Source of the DNA: Alphaproteobacteria bacterium
GTDB taxonomy: Bacteria > Pseudomonadota > Alphaproteobacteria > RF32 > CAG-239
Reading direction: 5' to 3'
DNA length: 61,208 nucleotides
NCBI GenBank assembly: GCA_045633825.1
Contig: JAZQZB010000033.1
Location: 1-61,208, forward strand
The translations under genes were made by a program, and so were the position numbers. Of the stretch, positions 46,971 to 54,924 are shown piece after piece. The stretch's first letter is position 1. The number at the start of each line of letters is the position of its first letter. Below the pieces are notes generated by a model. The model was not told where the DNA came from. It saw only the letters and a list, made by a program, of their open reading frames with translations, and did no database searches.

Positions 46971-47759
46971 ATGAGATCTTTACAAATAGGCGCTACCGGA
47001 ATGTTGGCTCAACAAACTAATGTTGACACCATTTCTAACAATATCGCCAATATGAATACTACTGCATATACTAAAAGACGTGCAGAATTTAGTGATCTGT
47101 TATATCAAAATGTTGTTCGTCCGGGTTCGGCTTCAACTGCTGATAATACTATTGTTCCTGCCGGTATTCAAATGGGACTTGGTGTGAGAACTTCTGCTAT
47201 TTATCGTATTACCGAAGGAGGGTCTTTGACATCTACAGGTAATGATTTGGATTTGGCAATCAGAGGAAGAGGTTATTTTACTATCGAATTGCCGGAAGGT
47301 AAAGGTACAGCTTATACTCGTGATGGCGCTTTCCAACGCAACGGTGACGGTACAATCGTTACTCATGACGGATATGTTGTTCAACCGGAAATTACTATTC
47401 CGGAAGATGCCGTTGAAGTTTATGTTAACAGTTCGGGTGAGGTTTGGGTTAAACAAGACGGTGAAACTGATGAAGTTAATGTCGGTCAGTTAGAATTGGC
47501 AACATTTGTAAATGAAGCAGGTTTGGAAGCTTTGGGCGATAATTTGTTTGTTCAGACAGAAGCTTCGGGTGATCCGATTGTCGATAATCCGGATAGTGAA
47601 GGTTTCGGATCTATTTTGCAAGGTTATTTGAATACATCAAATGTTAACCCTGTCAGTGAAATTACAGAGTTGATTTCAGCTCAACGTGCTTATGAAATGA
47701 ATTCAAAGATTATTACAACAGCAGATTCTATGCTTAATACAATTAATCAAATGAAATAG
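46971..47759 (+). CDS. flgG: Flagellar basal-body distal rod protein FlgG
   Basis: 262 aa. SLQIGATGMLAQQ..VD.ISNNIANMNTTAYK. C-terminal SNVNPVSEITELISAQRAYEMNSK. Confidence 0.95.
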   Translation: MRSLQIGATGMLAQQTNVDTISNNIANMNTTAYTKRRAEFSDLLYQNVVRPGSASTADNTIVPAGIQMGLGVRTSAIYRITEGGSLTSTGNDLDLAIRGRGYFTIELPEGKGTAYTRDGAFQRNGDGTIVTHDGYVVQPEITIPEDAVEVYVNSSGEVWVKQDGETDEVNVGQLELATFVNEAGLEALGDNLFVQTEASGDPIVDNPDSEGFGSILQGYLNTSNVNPVSEITELISAQRAYEMNSKIITTADSMLNTINQMK

Positions 47760-47771
47760 GATGTTTTACTG

Positions 47772-48470
47772 ATGTGTAAGTTGTTTTCAATATTGGTCAG
47801 TATGATGCTTTTGCCTTTAACTGTCGGTGCTAAAGAAATAAACAGTATCGAATTGTTAAAAGCAGTTGAAAAAGAATTTGTCGAGCAGGGTATTGCCAAT
47901 ATGGTCGAGTTGGAAATATTCGGAGGGAAGACAACTTTTGATGTAAAAGATACTGATGATGTTAAAATATTGATAAGTGATTTGCGTGCTGATGCCGATA
48001 ATAATAAGTTTACATCAAATGCGGAAATTTTTGCCGATGGCGTATTGGTAGGAAAAACGGAATTGTTGGGCAGATTTTTTGTTATGAGAGATGTGTATGT
48101 TCCGGCAAAGGATATTGCTAAAGATGAAATTATTAAAGCTGATGATATGAAACCTGTTTTAATGAGAGAGAATAGAATAAAGAAAGATAATGTTGTTGAT
48201 TTGGATAATATTATCGGTAAGCAGGCTGTAAAATTATTAAAAGCAGATAAAGTTATCAGTGAGCGTGATTTAAGAGAAGAAATTGTTGTAAAAAAAGGTC
48301 AGGAAGTGACTGTGTTTTATAAAAATAAAGGGCTTCAAATTACTTCTAAAATGCAAGCAACGGAAGATGGTGCCAAAGGTAGCTTTATAAAATTTATCAA
48401 TACTAAAAGTGCAAAAGAAGTAGTGGCAAAAGTTATTGATAAAAATATTGCAGAAATTATGACCGAATAG
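47772..48470 (+). CDS. flgA: Flagellar P-ring assembly chaperone FlgA
   Basis: Signal peptide. C-terminal GQEVTVFY....L.I.....A.EDGAKGSFIKFIN..S.K.V.AKV. Position between flgG and flgH. Confidence 0.7.
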   Translation: MCKLFSILVSMMLLPLTVGAKEINSIELLKAVEKEFVEQGIANMVELEIFGGKTTFDVKDTDDVKILISDLRADADNNKFTSNAEIFADGVLVGKTELLGRFFVMRDVYVPAKDIAKDEIIKADDMKPVLMRENRIKKDNVVDLDNIIGKQAVKLLKADKVISERDLREEIVVKKGQEVTVFYKNKGLQITSKMQATEDGAKGSFIKFINTKSAKEVVAKVIDKNIAEIMTE

Positions 48471-48480
48471 GTTGGGGGAA

Positions 48481-49248
48481 ATGAATATGAAAATGTTAAA
48501 CAGAAATTTTGTAAAATATACCGCAGTATTGATGATGGCGACGACATTGTCAGGATGTGGAATGTTATCAAGACTTGCCCAAGTCGGACAAGAACCCCCA
48601 TTGTCTCCGATTGAAAATCCGACGTTAGCAAAAGGATATGAGCCGGTGTCTATGCCGATGCCTCATGAAGAGATGCAAAAGCAAGGAGCTAATTCTTTGT
48701 GGATACAAGGATCTGCCGGTTTCTTTAAGGATCAGAGAGCTTCTAAAGTGGGTGATATTATTACGGTTAAAATTTCTGCTAAAGATAATGCCTTGATGGA
48801 AAACGAAATGGAACAAAACCGTGATGATAACAAAGATTCTTTGGGTATCGGTTCGGTGTTCGGATATGAAAAATATTTGGGTAAAGTATTTCCGGATACT
48901 GTTGAAAAAGACGGTTTAATTGATATTACCTCAAACAGAGAAATCGCCGGAGACGGTAAAATTGACAGAAAAGAAAATATTGATGTAACGTTGGCTGCGG
49001 TGGTTACTCAAGTTTTGCCGAACGGAAATTTGGTGATTGAAGGTACACAAGAAATCAGAGTCAGTTATGAAGTGCGTCAGTTGATGATGAGAGGTATTAT
49101 AAGACGCGCTGATATTTCATCAGATAATACTATTGAATCAAGTAAGATTGCCGAACTTCGAGTTTCTTATGGCGGACAGGGAGTAATATCTGATGTTCAA
49201 CAACCCAGATATGGTAGACAAATTATTGATATTGTTGCACCGTTTTAA
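48481..49248 (+). CDS. flgH: Flagellar L-ring lipoprotein FlgH
   Basis: Lipobox LSGCG. GDIITVKI and NGNLVIEG...V blocks. The exact start is uncertain (ATG 48481, 48487 or 48493). Confidence 0.9.
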   Translation: MNMKMLNRNFVKYTAVLMMATTLSGCGMLSRLAQVGQEPPLSPIENPTLAKGYEPVSMPMPHEEMQKQGANSLWIQGSAGFFKDQRASKVGDIITVKISAKDNALMENEMEQNRDDNKDSLGIGSVFGYEKYLGKVFPDTVEKDGLIDITSNREIAGDGKIDRKENIDVTLAAVVTQVLPNGNLVIEGTQEIRVSYEVRQLMMRGIIRRADISSDNTIESSKIAELRVSYGGQGVISDVQQPRYGRQIIDIVAPF

Positions 49249-49525
49249 TTAAGAAAAGTGATATTAAATATAGTGTAAATAATATTATAGCGAGTTCCCT
49301 TATTATTATGTGATAAAGCTTTTTTTTGGAAAAATCTCCCCAATTTTTTCTTAAAAAAGATATGGTAATCGAAAGTATATCGATTACATAAAACGAACGG
49401 AAAGAAGCTTAAAATTTTTGGCCTAGGGCATTTTATTCCCCAATCGCTTTAGACTTGATTTTTTGCTTCTTTCTTTTGTTTTGAAGAGAGTTTAGAAAGT
49501 TTTGGTTTTAAATTTTTTTATTAAT

Positions 49526-50200
49526 ATGGAATTATCAATGATTGAAAAAATACAAAGTCAAATTAAAGATGCTCAACAAGAAGCGGAATTATTAAAAGAA
49601 TATGCCAAACATTTAGAGAAGGCTTCGGTTTCAGAAGATAGTGAATATAAATATTTGGTGTTGGATGAAAATATGAAAATGTGGGTTGAAATAGATTCTT
49701 ATTTGAAAAATAAAAATAATTTGTTGCCTCAAGAAATAAAAAATAATTTAGATAAACTTTCTAAATATGTTGAAGCGGTTACACTTAACAAAGGTGTTAA
49801 GATGAGTGAAAAGACATATATGTCTTTAGCTAATATAAATAATCAAATTGCCGAGGGTTTGTTGGCATCAGTTAATATGAGTTTAGCTCAACAAGAAGCA
49901 TATTATTTGGCTAAAAACGGTTTAGATTTGTTAGAAGCTTATAAGAAAAATGATTTGAATTTAATGGTTAGGGCTTTGGATAATAATCAAAAAATGTGGA
50001 TTATGATTAAGACTTTGATGACTAAAAATAAAACCGATTTGTCAGATGAAGTTAAAAACAATTTGATTAAGTTGGCGGATTATGTGTCTGTAAATACTAT
50101 AAAATTCGGTCAGAACTTGAATAATATGGATAAGAAAATGTTGGACAGTTTTGTTAATATTAACAAGCATATTTCAGAAGGTCTTATCGGACACAGATAA
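49526..50200 (+). CDS. flaF: Tandem-duplicated FlaF-like flagellar regulatory protein
   Basis: Two internal repeats: NMKMWVEIDSYL..NN.LPQEIKNNLDKLSKYVEAVT...ANINNQIAEGL and NQKMWIMIKTLM...LSDEVKNNLIKLADYVSVNT...VNINKHISEGL. They resemble FlaF (N..LW....D....LP..lR..l..L..wV......N..i..GL). Confidence 0.5.
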   Translation: MELSMIEKIQSQIKDAQQEAELLKEYAKHLEKASVSEDSEYKYLVLDENMKMWVEIDSYLKNKNNLLPQEIKNNLDKLSKYVEAVTLNKGVKMSEKTYMSLANINNQIAEGLLASVNMSLAQQEAYYLAKNGLDLLEAYKKNDLNLMVRALDNNQKMWIMIKTLMTKNKTDLSDEVKNNLIKLADYVSVNTIKFGQNLNNMDKKMLDSFVNINKHISEGLIGHR

Positions 50201-50212
50201 ATTTAAAAAAAT

Positions 50213-50248
50213 AAAAATGCTCTGATTGTTAAAATCGGAGCATTTTTA
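50213..50248 (+). terminator. Intrinsic terminator after the flaF-like gene
   Basis: aatgctctgatt gttaa aatcggagcatt followed by ttt. Confidence 0.6.
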
Positions 50249-50335
50249 TTGTATAAGTTATGATTGGATGTTGTAAGTTTTGTGTAATAATAATATAAAT
50301 TTTATATATTTGGTTTTATCGGGTAATGTAAGCTT

Positions 50336-51583
50336 ATGATTTTTAATAAATTTGAGAGAATGACGGCCGGAAGATATTTGAGAGCCAAAAGAAAAGAAGG
50401 GTTTATATCGGTGATTACCGGTTTTGCTTTTACCGGAATTGCATTGGGTGTGGCTACTCTTATTATTGTTATGAGTGTTATGAATGGTTTCAGAGAGGAG
50501 CTTTTGGGGCGTATTTTGGGAATGAACGGTCATATAGGCATTGTTGCGCCTAATGGCTATCCTTTTAATAATTATAAAGATGCCATTAAGGATATTTCGG
50601 AAATTGAGCATATTGATTTGGTTGTTCCGATGATTGAGAATCAGTTGTTAATTACATCGGGAAAGTCAGCTGAAGGAGCAATGGTCAGAGGTATTGCCAA
50701 AGAAGATATCTTAAAGAAGAAAGCTATGGCTGAAGCCGTTAAAAATATTGATATGAGCTATTTTGAAGGCGATAGTGTCATTTTGGGAATAAGATTGGCT
50801 CGTAAAATGGGAGTGGTTGAGGGGGATAAAATTACTCTTTTGTCTCCTAACGGAAAAGTTACGGCATTCGGAAGTGTGCCGAGAATGAAATCATATCAGG
50901 TAATCGGTTTGTTTGATTCGGGAATGTTTGAATATGATTCTAATTTTGTGTTTATGCCTTTAGAAGCAGCTCAAATTTATTTCGGATTAAAAGGTGTGGT
51001 TACCAATATTGATGTGACCATAGATGATGATAAATTTTTGAAAGGTGTTAAAGATTCTTTAAGTGAAAGTTTAGGTTCGAGTGCTTATGTGTATGATTGG
51101 AAACAGAGTAATTCGGCGTTTTTTAATGCTTTGGAAGTTGAAAGAAATGTTATGTTCATTATTTTAACGCTGATTATTGTTGTGGCTGCATTTAATATAA
51201 TAACAGGGCTTATTATGTTGGTAAAGGATAAAAGTCGTGATGTGGCGGTGCTTCGAACAATGGGGGCTACTAAAGGAATGATTATGAGAATATTCTTTAT
51301 GGACGGAGCTTTTATCGGAGTGGTAGGAACACTGCTGGGTTTGGTTTTAGGGGTTTTATTTTGTGAAAATATTGAAGCTATTCGTCAGGGATTGCAAACT
51401 TTGTTGGGAAGAGATTTATTTTCGGCAGAAATTTATTTCTTATCTAAATTGCCGGCAAAAATTGATATAACAGAAGTTTTGACAGTGGTTATTATATCAA
51501 TATTTTTATCATTTACCGCTACATTGTATCCGTCGTGGAGAGCGTCAAAAACAGATCCGGTGGAGGCTTTGCGTTATGAATAA
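50336..51583 (+). CDS. lolC: Lipoprotein-releasing system transmembrane protein LolC/E
   Basis: 415 aa. MacB-like periplasmic domain plus FtsX C-terminus. 8-nt overlap with lolD. Confidence 0.85.
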   Translation: MIFNKFERMTAGRYLRAKRKEGFISVITGFAFTGIALGVATLIIVMSVMNGFREELLGRILGMNGHIGIVAPNGYPFNNYKDAIKDISEIEHIDLVVPMIENQLLITSGKSAEGAMVRGIAKEDILKKKAMAEAVKNIDMSYFEGDSVILGIRLARKMGVVEGDKITLLSPNGKVTAFGSVPRMKSYQVIGLFDSGMFEYDSNFVFMPLEAAQIYFGLKGVVTNIDVTIDDDKFLKGVKDSLSESLGSSAYVYDWKQSNSAFFNALEVERNVMFIILTLIIVVAAFNIITGLIMLVKDKSRDVAVLRTMGATKGMIMRIFFMDGAFIGVVGTLLGLVLGVLFCENIEAIRQGLQTLLGRDLFSAEIYFLSKLPAKIDITEVLTVVIISIFLSFTATLYPSWRASKTDPVEALRYE

Positions 51584-52298
51584 AAGTGTTCCGGTACTTG
51601 AATTGAAAAATATTTATCGTTCGTTTAAGCAGGGTGCTCAAACTTTGCAAGTTTTACGTGGCGTAAATTTGGATATTGAAAAAGGAGAAATTGTGGCATT
51701 GGTCGGACAATCCGGTTCCGGTAAATCAACCTTGTTGCAGTTGGCCGGATTGTTGGAAAAACCCACAAAAGGTGATATTTATATCGAAGGACAAAAATGT
51801 TCGGCGTTGAATGACGGGGTTCGAACTTCTTTAAGACGTGATTGTTTGGGTTTTGTATATCAATATCATAATTTATTGGCAGATTTTGATGCTTTGGAAA
51901 ATGTTATGATACCGCAGCTTATCAGCGGTAAAAAAGAAAAAGAAGCTCGTGAAGTGGCAAAATGGTTGTTACATAAAATGGGATTGGAAAAGAGATTAAA
52001 ACACAGACCTTCGGAAATGTCCGGAGGTGAACAGCAAAGAGTTGCTATCGCCAGGGCTCTGGCTAATGCACCAAAGTTGTTATTGGCTGATGAACCGACG
52101 GGTAATTTGGATCCGAAGACGTCGGAAATTGTGTTTAATGAATTATTGTCGATTGTTAAAGAAACAGGATTGAGTGCGTTAATTGCGACTCATAATTTTG
52201 ACTTGGCTGACAGGATGGACAGAAAAGTTAAATTGGAAGAGGGTAAATTACTTGATTTGCGTGCTGAAAAGTTTGTGAGTATTGAAAATTTTTACTAG
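51576..52298 (+). CDS. lolD: Lipoprotein-releasing system ATP-binding protein LolD
   Basis: 240 aa. Walker A GQSGSGKST, signature SGGEQQR, Walker B LLLADEP. Confidence 0.9.
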   Translation: MNKSVPVLELKNIYRSFKQGAQTLQVLRGVNLDIEKGEIVALVGQSGSGKSTLLQLAGLLEKPTKGDIYIEGQKCSALNDGVRTSLRRDCLGFVYQYHNLLADFDALENVMIPQLISGKKEKEAREVAKWLLHKMGLEKRLKHRPSEMSGGEQQRVAIARALANAPKLLLADEPTGNLDPKTSEIVFNELLSIVKETGLSALIATHNFDLADRMDRKVKLEEGKLLDLRAEKFVSIENFY

Positions 52299-52319
52299 TA
52301 AAAAAAGGAGTTTGTTGAA

Positions 52320-53006
52320 ATGAGTATTTATTGGAAGCAAAGTTTGTGGTTGGGCGGTGTATATTGGATTGTATCGCTTGTATTGGGATATGTTGATACT
52401 TTTGAAACATATTTTATTGATTTTATTTTGTCGTTGTTGTTGACGATCTTTCTTATCCCGATGAATTTCTTAAAACCTATAAAATGGATTGAAAAATCTA
52501 TGAGAAAATTGCCGATTACTTCGACATTTTTAGTATTTGTCGGTTGGGTCCCGTATATATCTGTTGTGATATTTTTGATTGCATCTTTATATGGAACCGT
52601 TGTTTTGATGAGCGGTAAAGCCAGTGTCGACGGTTTGATTTTAATGTTGATAACTCCAATGTCGATTTTATCTGTTATAAAGGTTGCATGTATTGTATTT
52701 TCATTTATTTTAGCCGCATTTTTTGTATTTATTAATAAAAAGAGTGTTATCGGCTGTTTGAATGATAAATATAAATTAATTGACGGTGATGTTTGTGATA
52801 TGCCTGTTGTTGAAGAAGCTGTCGTAGAGCATACAAAGAAAATGTATAAGTGTAAAAAAGAAGCAACTGAAAAAAAAGTTGCATTAAAAAAAGAAAAAGT
52901 CAAGAAAAAAGAAGCTAAAAAGGCTGTTTCGGAAAAGAAAAAAGCTGAAAAAGCAATAAAGAAAAAAGCAAAAAAATCAGTAAAGAATGAAGATGCTGTT
53001 AAATAA
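52320..53006 (+). CDS. Membrane protein with a Lys-rich (histone H1-like) C-terminal tail
   Basis: SD aaggag upstream. About 5 TM. The tail reads KKEATEKKVALKKEKVKKKEAKKAVSEKKKAEKAIKKKAKK. Confidence 0.55.
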   Translation: MSIYWKQSLWLGGVYWIVSLVLGYVDTFETYFIDFILSLLLTIFLIPMNFLKPIKWIEKSMRKLPITSTFLVFVGWVPYISVVIFLIASLYGTVVLMSGKASVDGLILMLITPMSILSVIKVACIVFSFILAAFFVFINKKSVIGCLNDKYKLIDGDVCDMPVVEEAVVEHTKKMYKCKKEATEKKVALKKEKVKKKEAKKAVSEKKKAEKAIKKKAKKSVKNEDAVK

Positions 53007-53083
53007 GTTAGTATTTTGTAATGTTTTTAATTGAAAAAATGCTTGATTTTTGATGTAAAAAGCTTTATAAGTGCGTTTGAACC

Positions 53084-53116
53084 GAGTGGGCGGGCTGTTG
53101 GTATGCCTGTCGACTC
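53084..53116 (+). promoter_or_regulatory. GC-rich leader hairpin upstream of rpmI-rplT (possible autoregulatory leader)
   Basis: 12-position stem gagtgggcgggc/gcctgtcgactc with 1 mismatch. It lies downstream of a possible -35 TTGATT, 17 nt, -10 TATAAG. Confidence 0.3.
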
Positions 53117-53149
53117 TTAAATAATCCAAATATTTGAAAGGGATTTAAA

Positions 53150-53347
53150 ATGCCAAAAATGAAAACTAAAAGTGCCGTTAAGAAACGTTTTAGCGTTACA
53201 GGTACAGGTAAATTGAAAAGAAATTTTGCTTACAAGAGACACTGCCTCTTCTGCAAAACACAAAAAATGAAAAGACAAGCTCGCGGTACAACATTGGTTT
53301 CTGATGTTGACGTTAAGATTGTTAAACAGTTTTTACCATATTTGTAG
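53150..53347 (+). CDS. rpmI: 50S ribosomal protein L35
   Basis: 65 aa. [14 protein letters not shown]. Confidence 0.9.
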   Translation: MPKMKTKSAVKKRFSVTGTGKLKRNFAYKRHCLFCKTQKMKRQARGTTLVSDVDVKIVKQFLPYL

Positions 53348-53359
53348 GAGTATAGAAGA

Positions 53360-53719
53360 ATGTCTCGTGTAAAAAGAGGTGTAACAGCTCACGCTCGTCA
53401 CAAAAAAGTGTTGTCGATGGCTAAAGGCTATCGTGGCCGTAATAATAACGTTTTCCGCGTTGCTGTTGAAAAAGTCGAAAAGGCTTTGCAATATGCTTAT
53501 CGCGACAGACGTACAAAGAAAAGAAATTTCCGTAGCTTGTGGATTCAACGTATTAACGCAGCTACACGTTTGCATGATATGACCTATTCTCGATTTATGA
53601 ACGGGCTCGCCAAAGCTGGTATTGAGCTTGATCGTAAAGTATTGGCCGATATCGCTGTCAGAGAGCCCGAAACTTTCGCTAAATTGGTTGACCAAGTTAA
53701 GGCTTCTTTAAGCAAATAA
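53360..53719 (+). CDS. rplT: 50S ribosomal protein L20
   Basis: 119 aa. [18 protein letters not shown]...GYRG. Confidence 0.95.
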   Translation: MSRVKRGVTAHARHKKVLSMAKGYRGRNNNVFRVAVEKVEKALQYAYRDRRTKKRNFRSLWIQRINAATRLHDMTYSRFMNGLAKAGIELDRKVLADIAVREPETFAKLVDQVKASLSK

Positions 53720-53802
53720 TTTTCTTAAAAAATTTATAAAAAGGGTCCTGCTTGAGCAATCAGGTAAGGATCCTTTTGATTTTAAATTTAAAAAATGGTG
53801 AA

Positions 53803-54909
53803 ATGATGGAACATATTGATGAATTAAAACAAAATACCTTAAAGCAAATTGATGAAGCTTCAGATATTAAATCTTTGGAAGATATTAAAGTTGCCGTTAT
53901 GGGTAAAAAAGGTGCTTTGACCGAAGAAATGAAAAAATTAGCTCTTTTGCCTGTTGAAGAGAAAAAAACAATGGGGCAAAAACTCAATGTTGTAAAAACG
54001 GAAATTGAAAAAGCTTTGGATGCTAAAAAACAGGATTTGTTTGATAAAGAATTAAATGAGAAACTGAAAAAAGAAACAATCGATGTTACTTTGCCGGTAA
54101 GAGAGGAAAATATCGGTCGTATTCATCCGGTATCTAAAATTTATGAGGAAGTTGTGGCAATTTTCGGTGAAATGGGATTTGAAATTGCTGACGGACCGGA
54201 TATTGAAGATCAATTCCATAATTTTAATGCATTAAATACACCGGCAAATCATCCGGCAAGACAAATGCAAGATACATTTTATATTGCTAATCCGGAAAGT
54301 GATAATTTTGATGACAGTTATGTGGTAAGAACTCAAACTTCTGCTGTACAAATCAGAACAATGGAAAAGAAACAGCCTCCGATAAGAATTATTGCGCCGG
54401 GAAGAACTTATCGTTCGGATTATGACGCAACTCATACTCCGATGTTCCATCAGGTGGAGGGGTTGGTTATTGATAAAACAACATCATTTGCGAATTTGAA
54501 AGGTTGTTTGTATGACTTTGTAAAAACATTTTTTGAAGTTGATGAGTTGCCGGTGAGATATCGTCCGTCATATTTTCCGTTTACCGAGCCGTCGGCTGAA
54601 ATGGATATAGGTTGTAAAAAAAGTAAAACAGAGCTCAAAATCGGTGCCGGTGATGATTGGTTGGAAATTTTGGGGTGTGGTATGGTGCATCCTAATGTTT
54701 TGAAATCTTGCGGAATTAATCCGGAAGAATATCAAGGTTTTGCTTTCGGTATGGGGTTGGACAGATTGGCAATGCTTAAATATGGTATTCCTGATTTGCG
54801 TACATTCTTTGAATCTGATGTTCGTTGGATTAAACATTACGGATTTATGCCGTTAGATGAATCATCCATGACCGGTGGTTTGAGCAATAATGGCGGTTTG
54901 GTAAGATAA
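53803..54909 (+). CDS. pheS: Phenylalanine--tRNA ligase alpha subunit
   Basis: Class II motifs HPARQMQDTFY, FPFTEPS and GFAFGMGLDRLAML. The start is placed at the internal ATG. Confidence 0.93.
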   Translation: MMEHIDELKQNTLKQIDEASDIKSLEDIKVAVMGKKGALTEEMKKLALLPVEEKKTMGQKLNVVKTEIEKALDAKKQDLFDKELNEKLKKETIDVTLPVREENIGRIHPVSKIYEEVVAIFGEMGFEIADGPDIEDQFHNFNALNTPANHPARQMQDTFYIANPESDNFDDSYVVRTQTSAVQIRTMEKKQPPIRIIAPGRTYRSDYDATHTPMFHQVEGLVIDKTTSFANLKGCLYDFVKTFFEVDELPVRYRPSYFPFTEPSAEMDIGCKKSKTELKIGAGDDWLEILGCGMVHPNVLKSCGINPEEYQGFAFGMGLDRLAMLKYGIPDLRTFFESDVRWIKHYGFMPLDESSMTGGLSNNGGLVR

Positions 54910-54924
54910 GGGGAGATAGAAAAG

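Noticed and set aside
49420-49445. tttggcctagggcatttt as a sigma-54 promoter for the flaF-like gene
   Set aside because: The GG to GC spacing is about 4 nt too short for a -24/-12 element.
50258-50611. 117-aa minus-strand ORF overlapping the lolC start
   Set aside because: It is antisense to a well-supported LolC/E coding sequence, and its start lies inside that gene.
52328-52903. 191-aa minus-strand ORF opposite the 228-aa membrane protein
   Set aside because: The plus-strand ORF has an aaggag SD, coherent TM helices and operon context after lolD. The antisense ORF has none of these.
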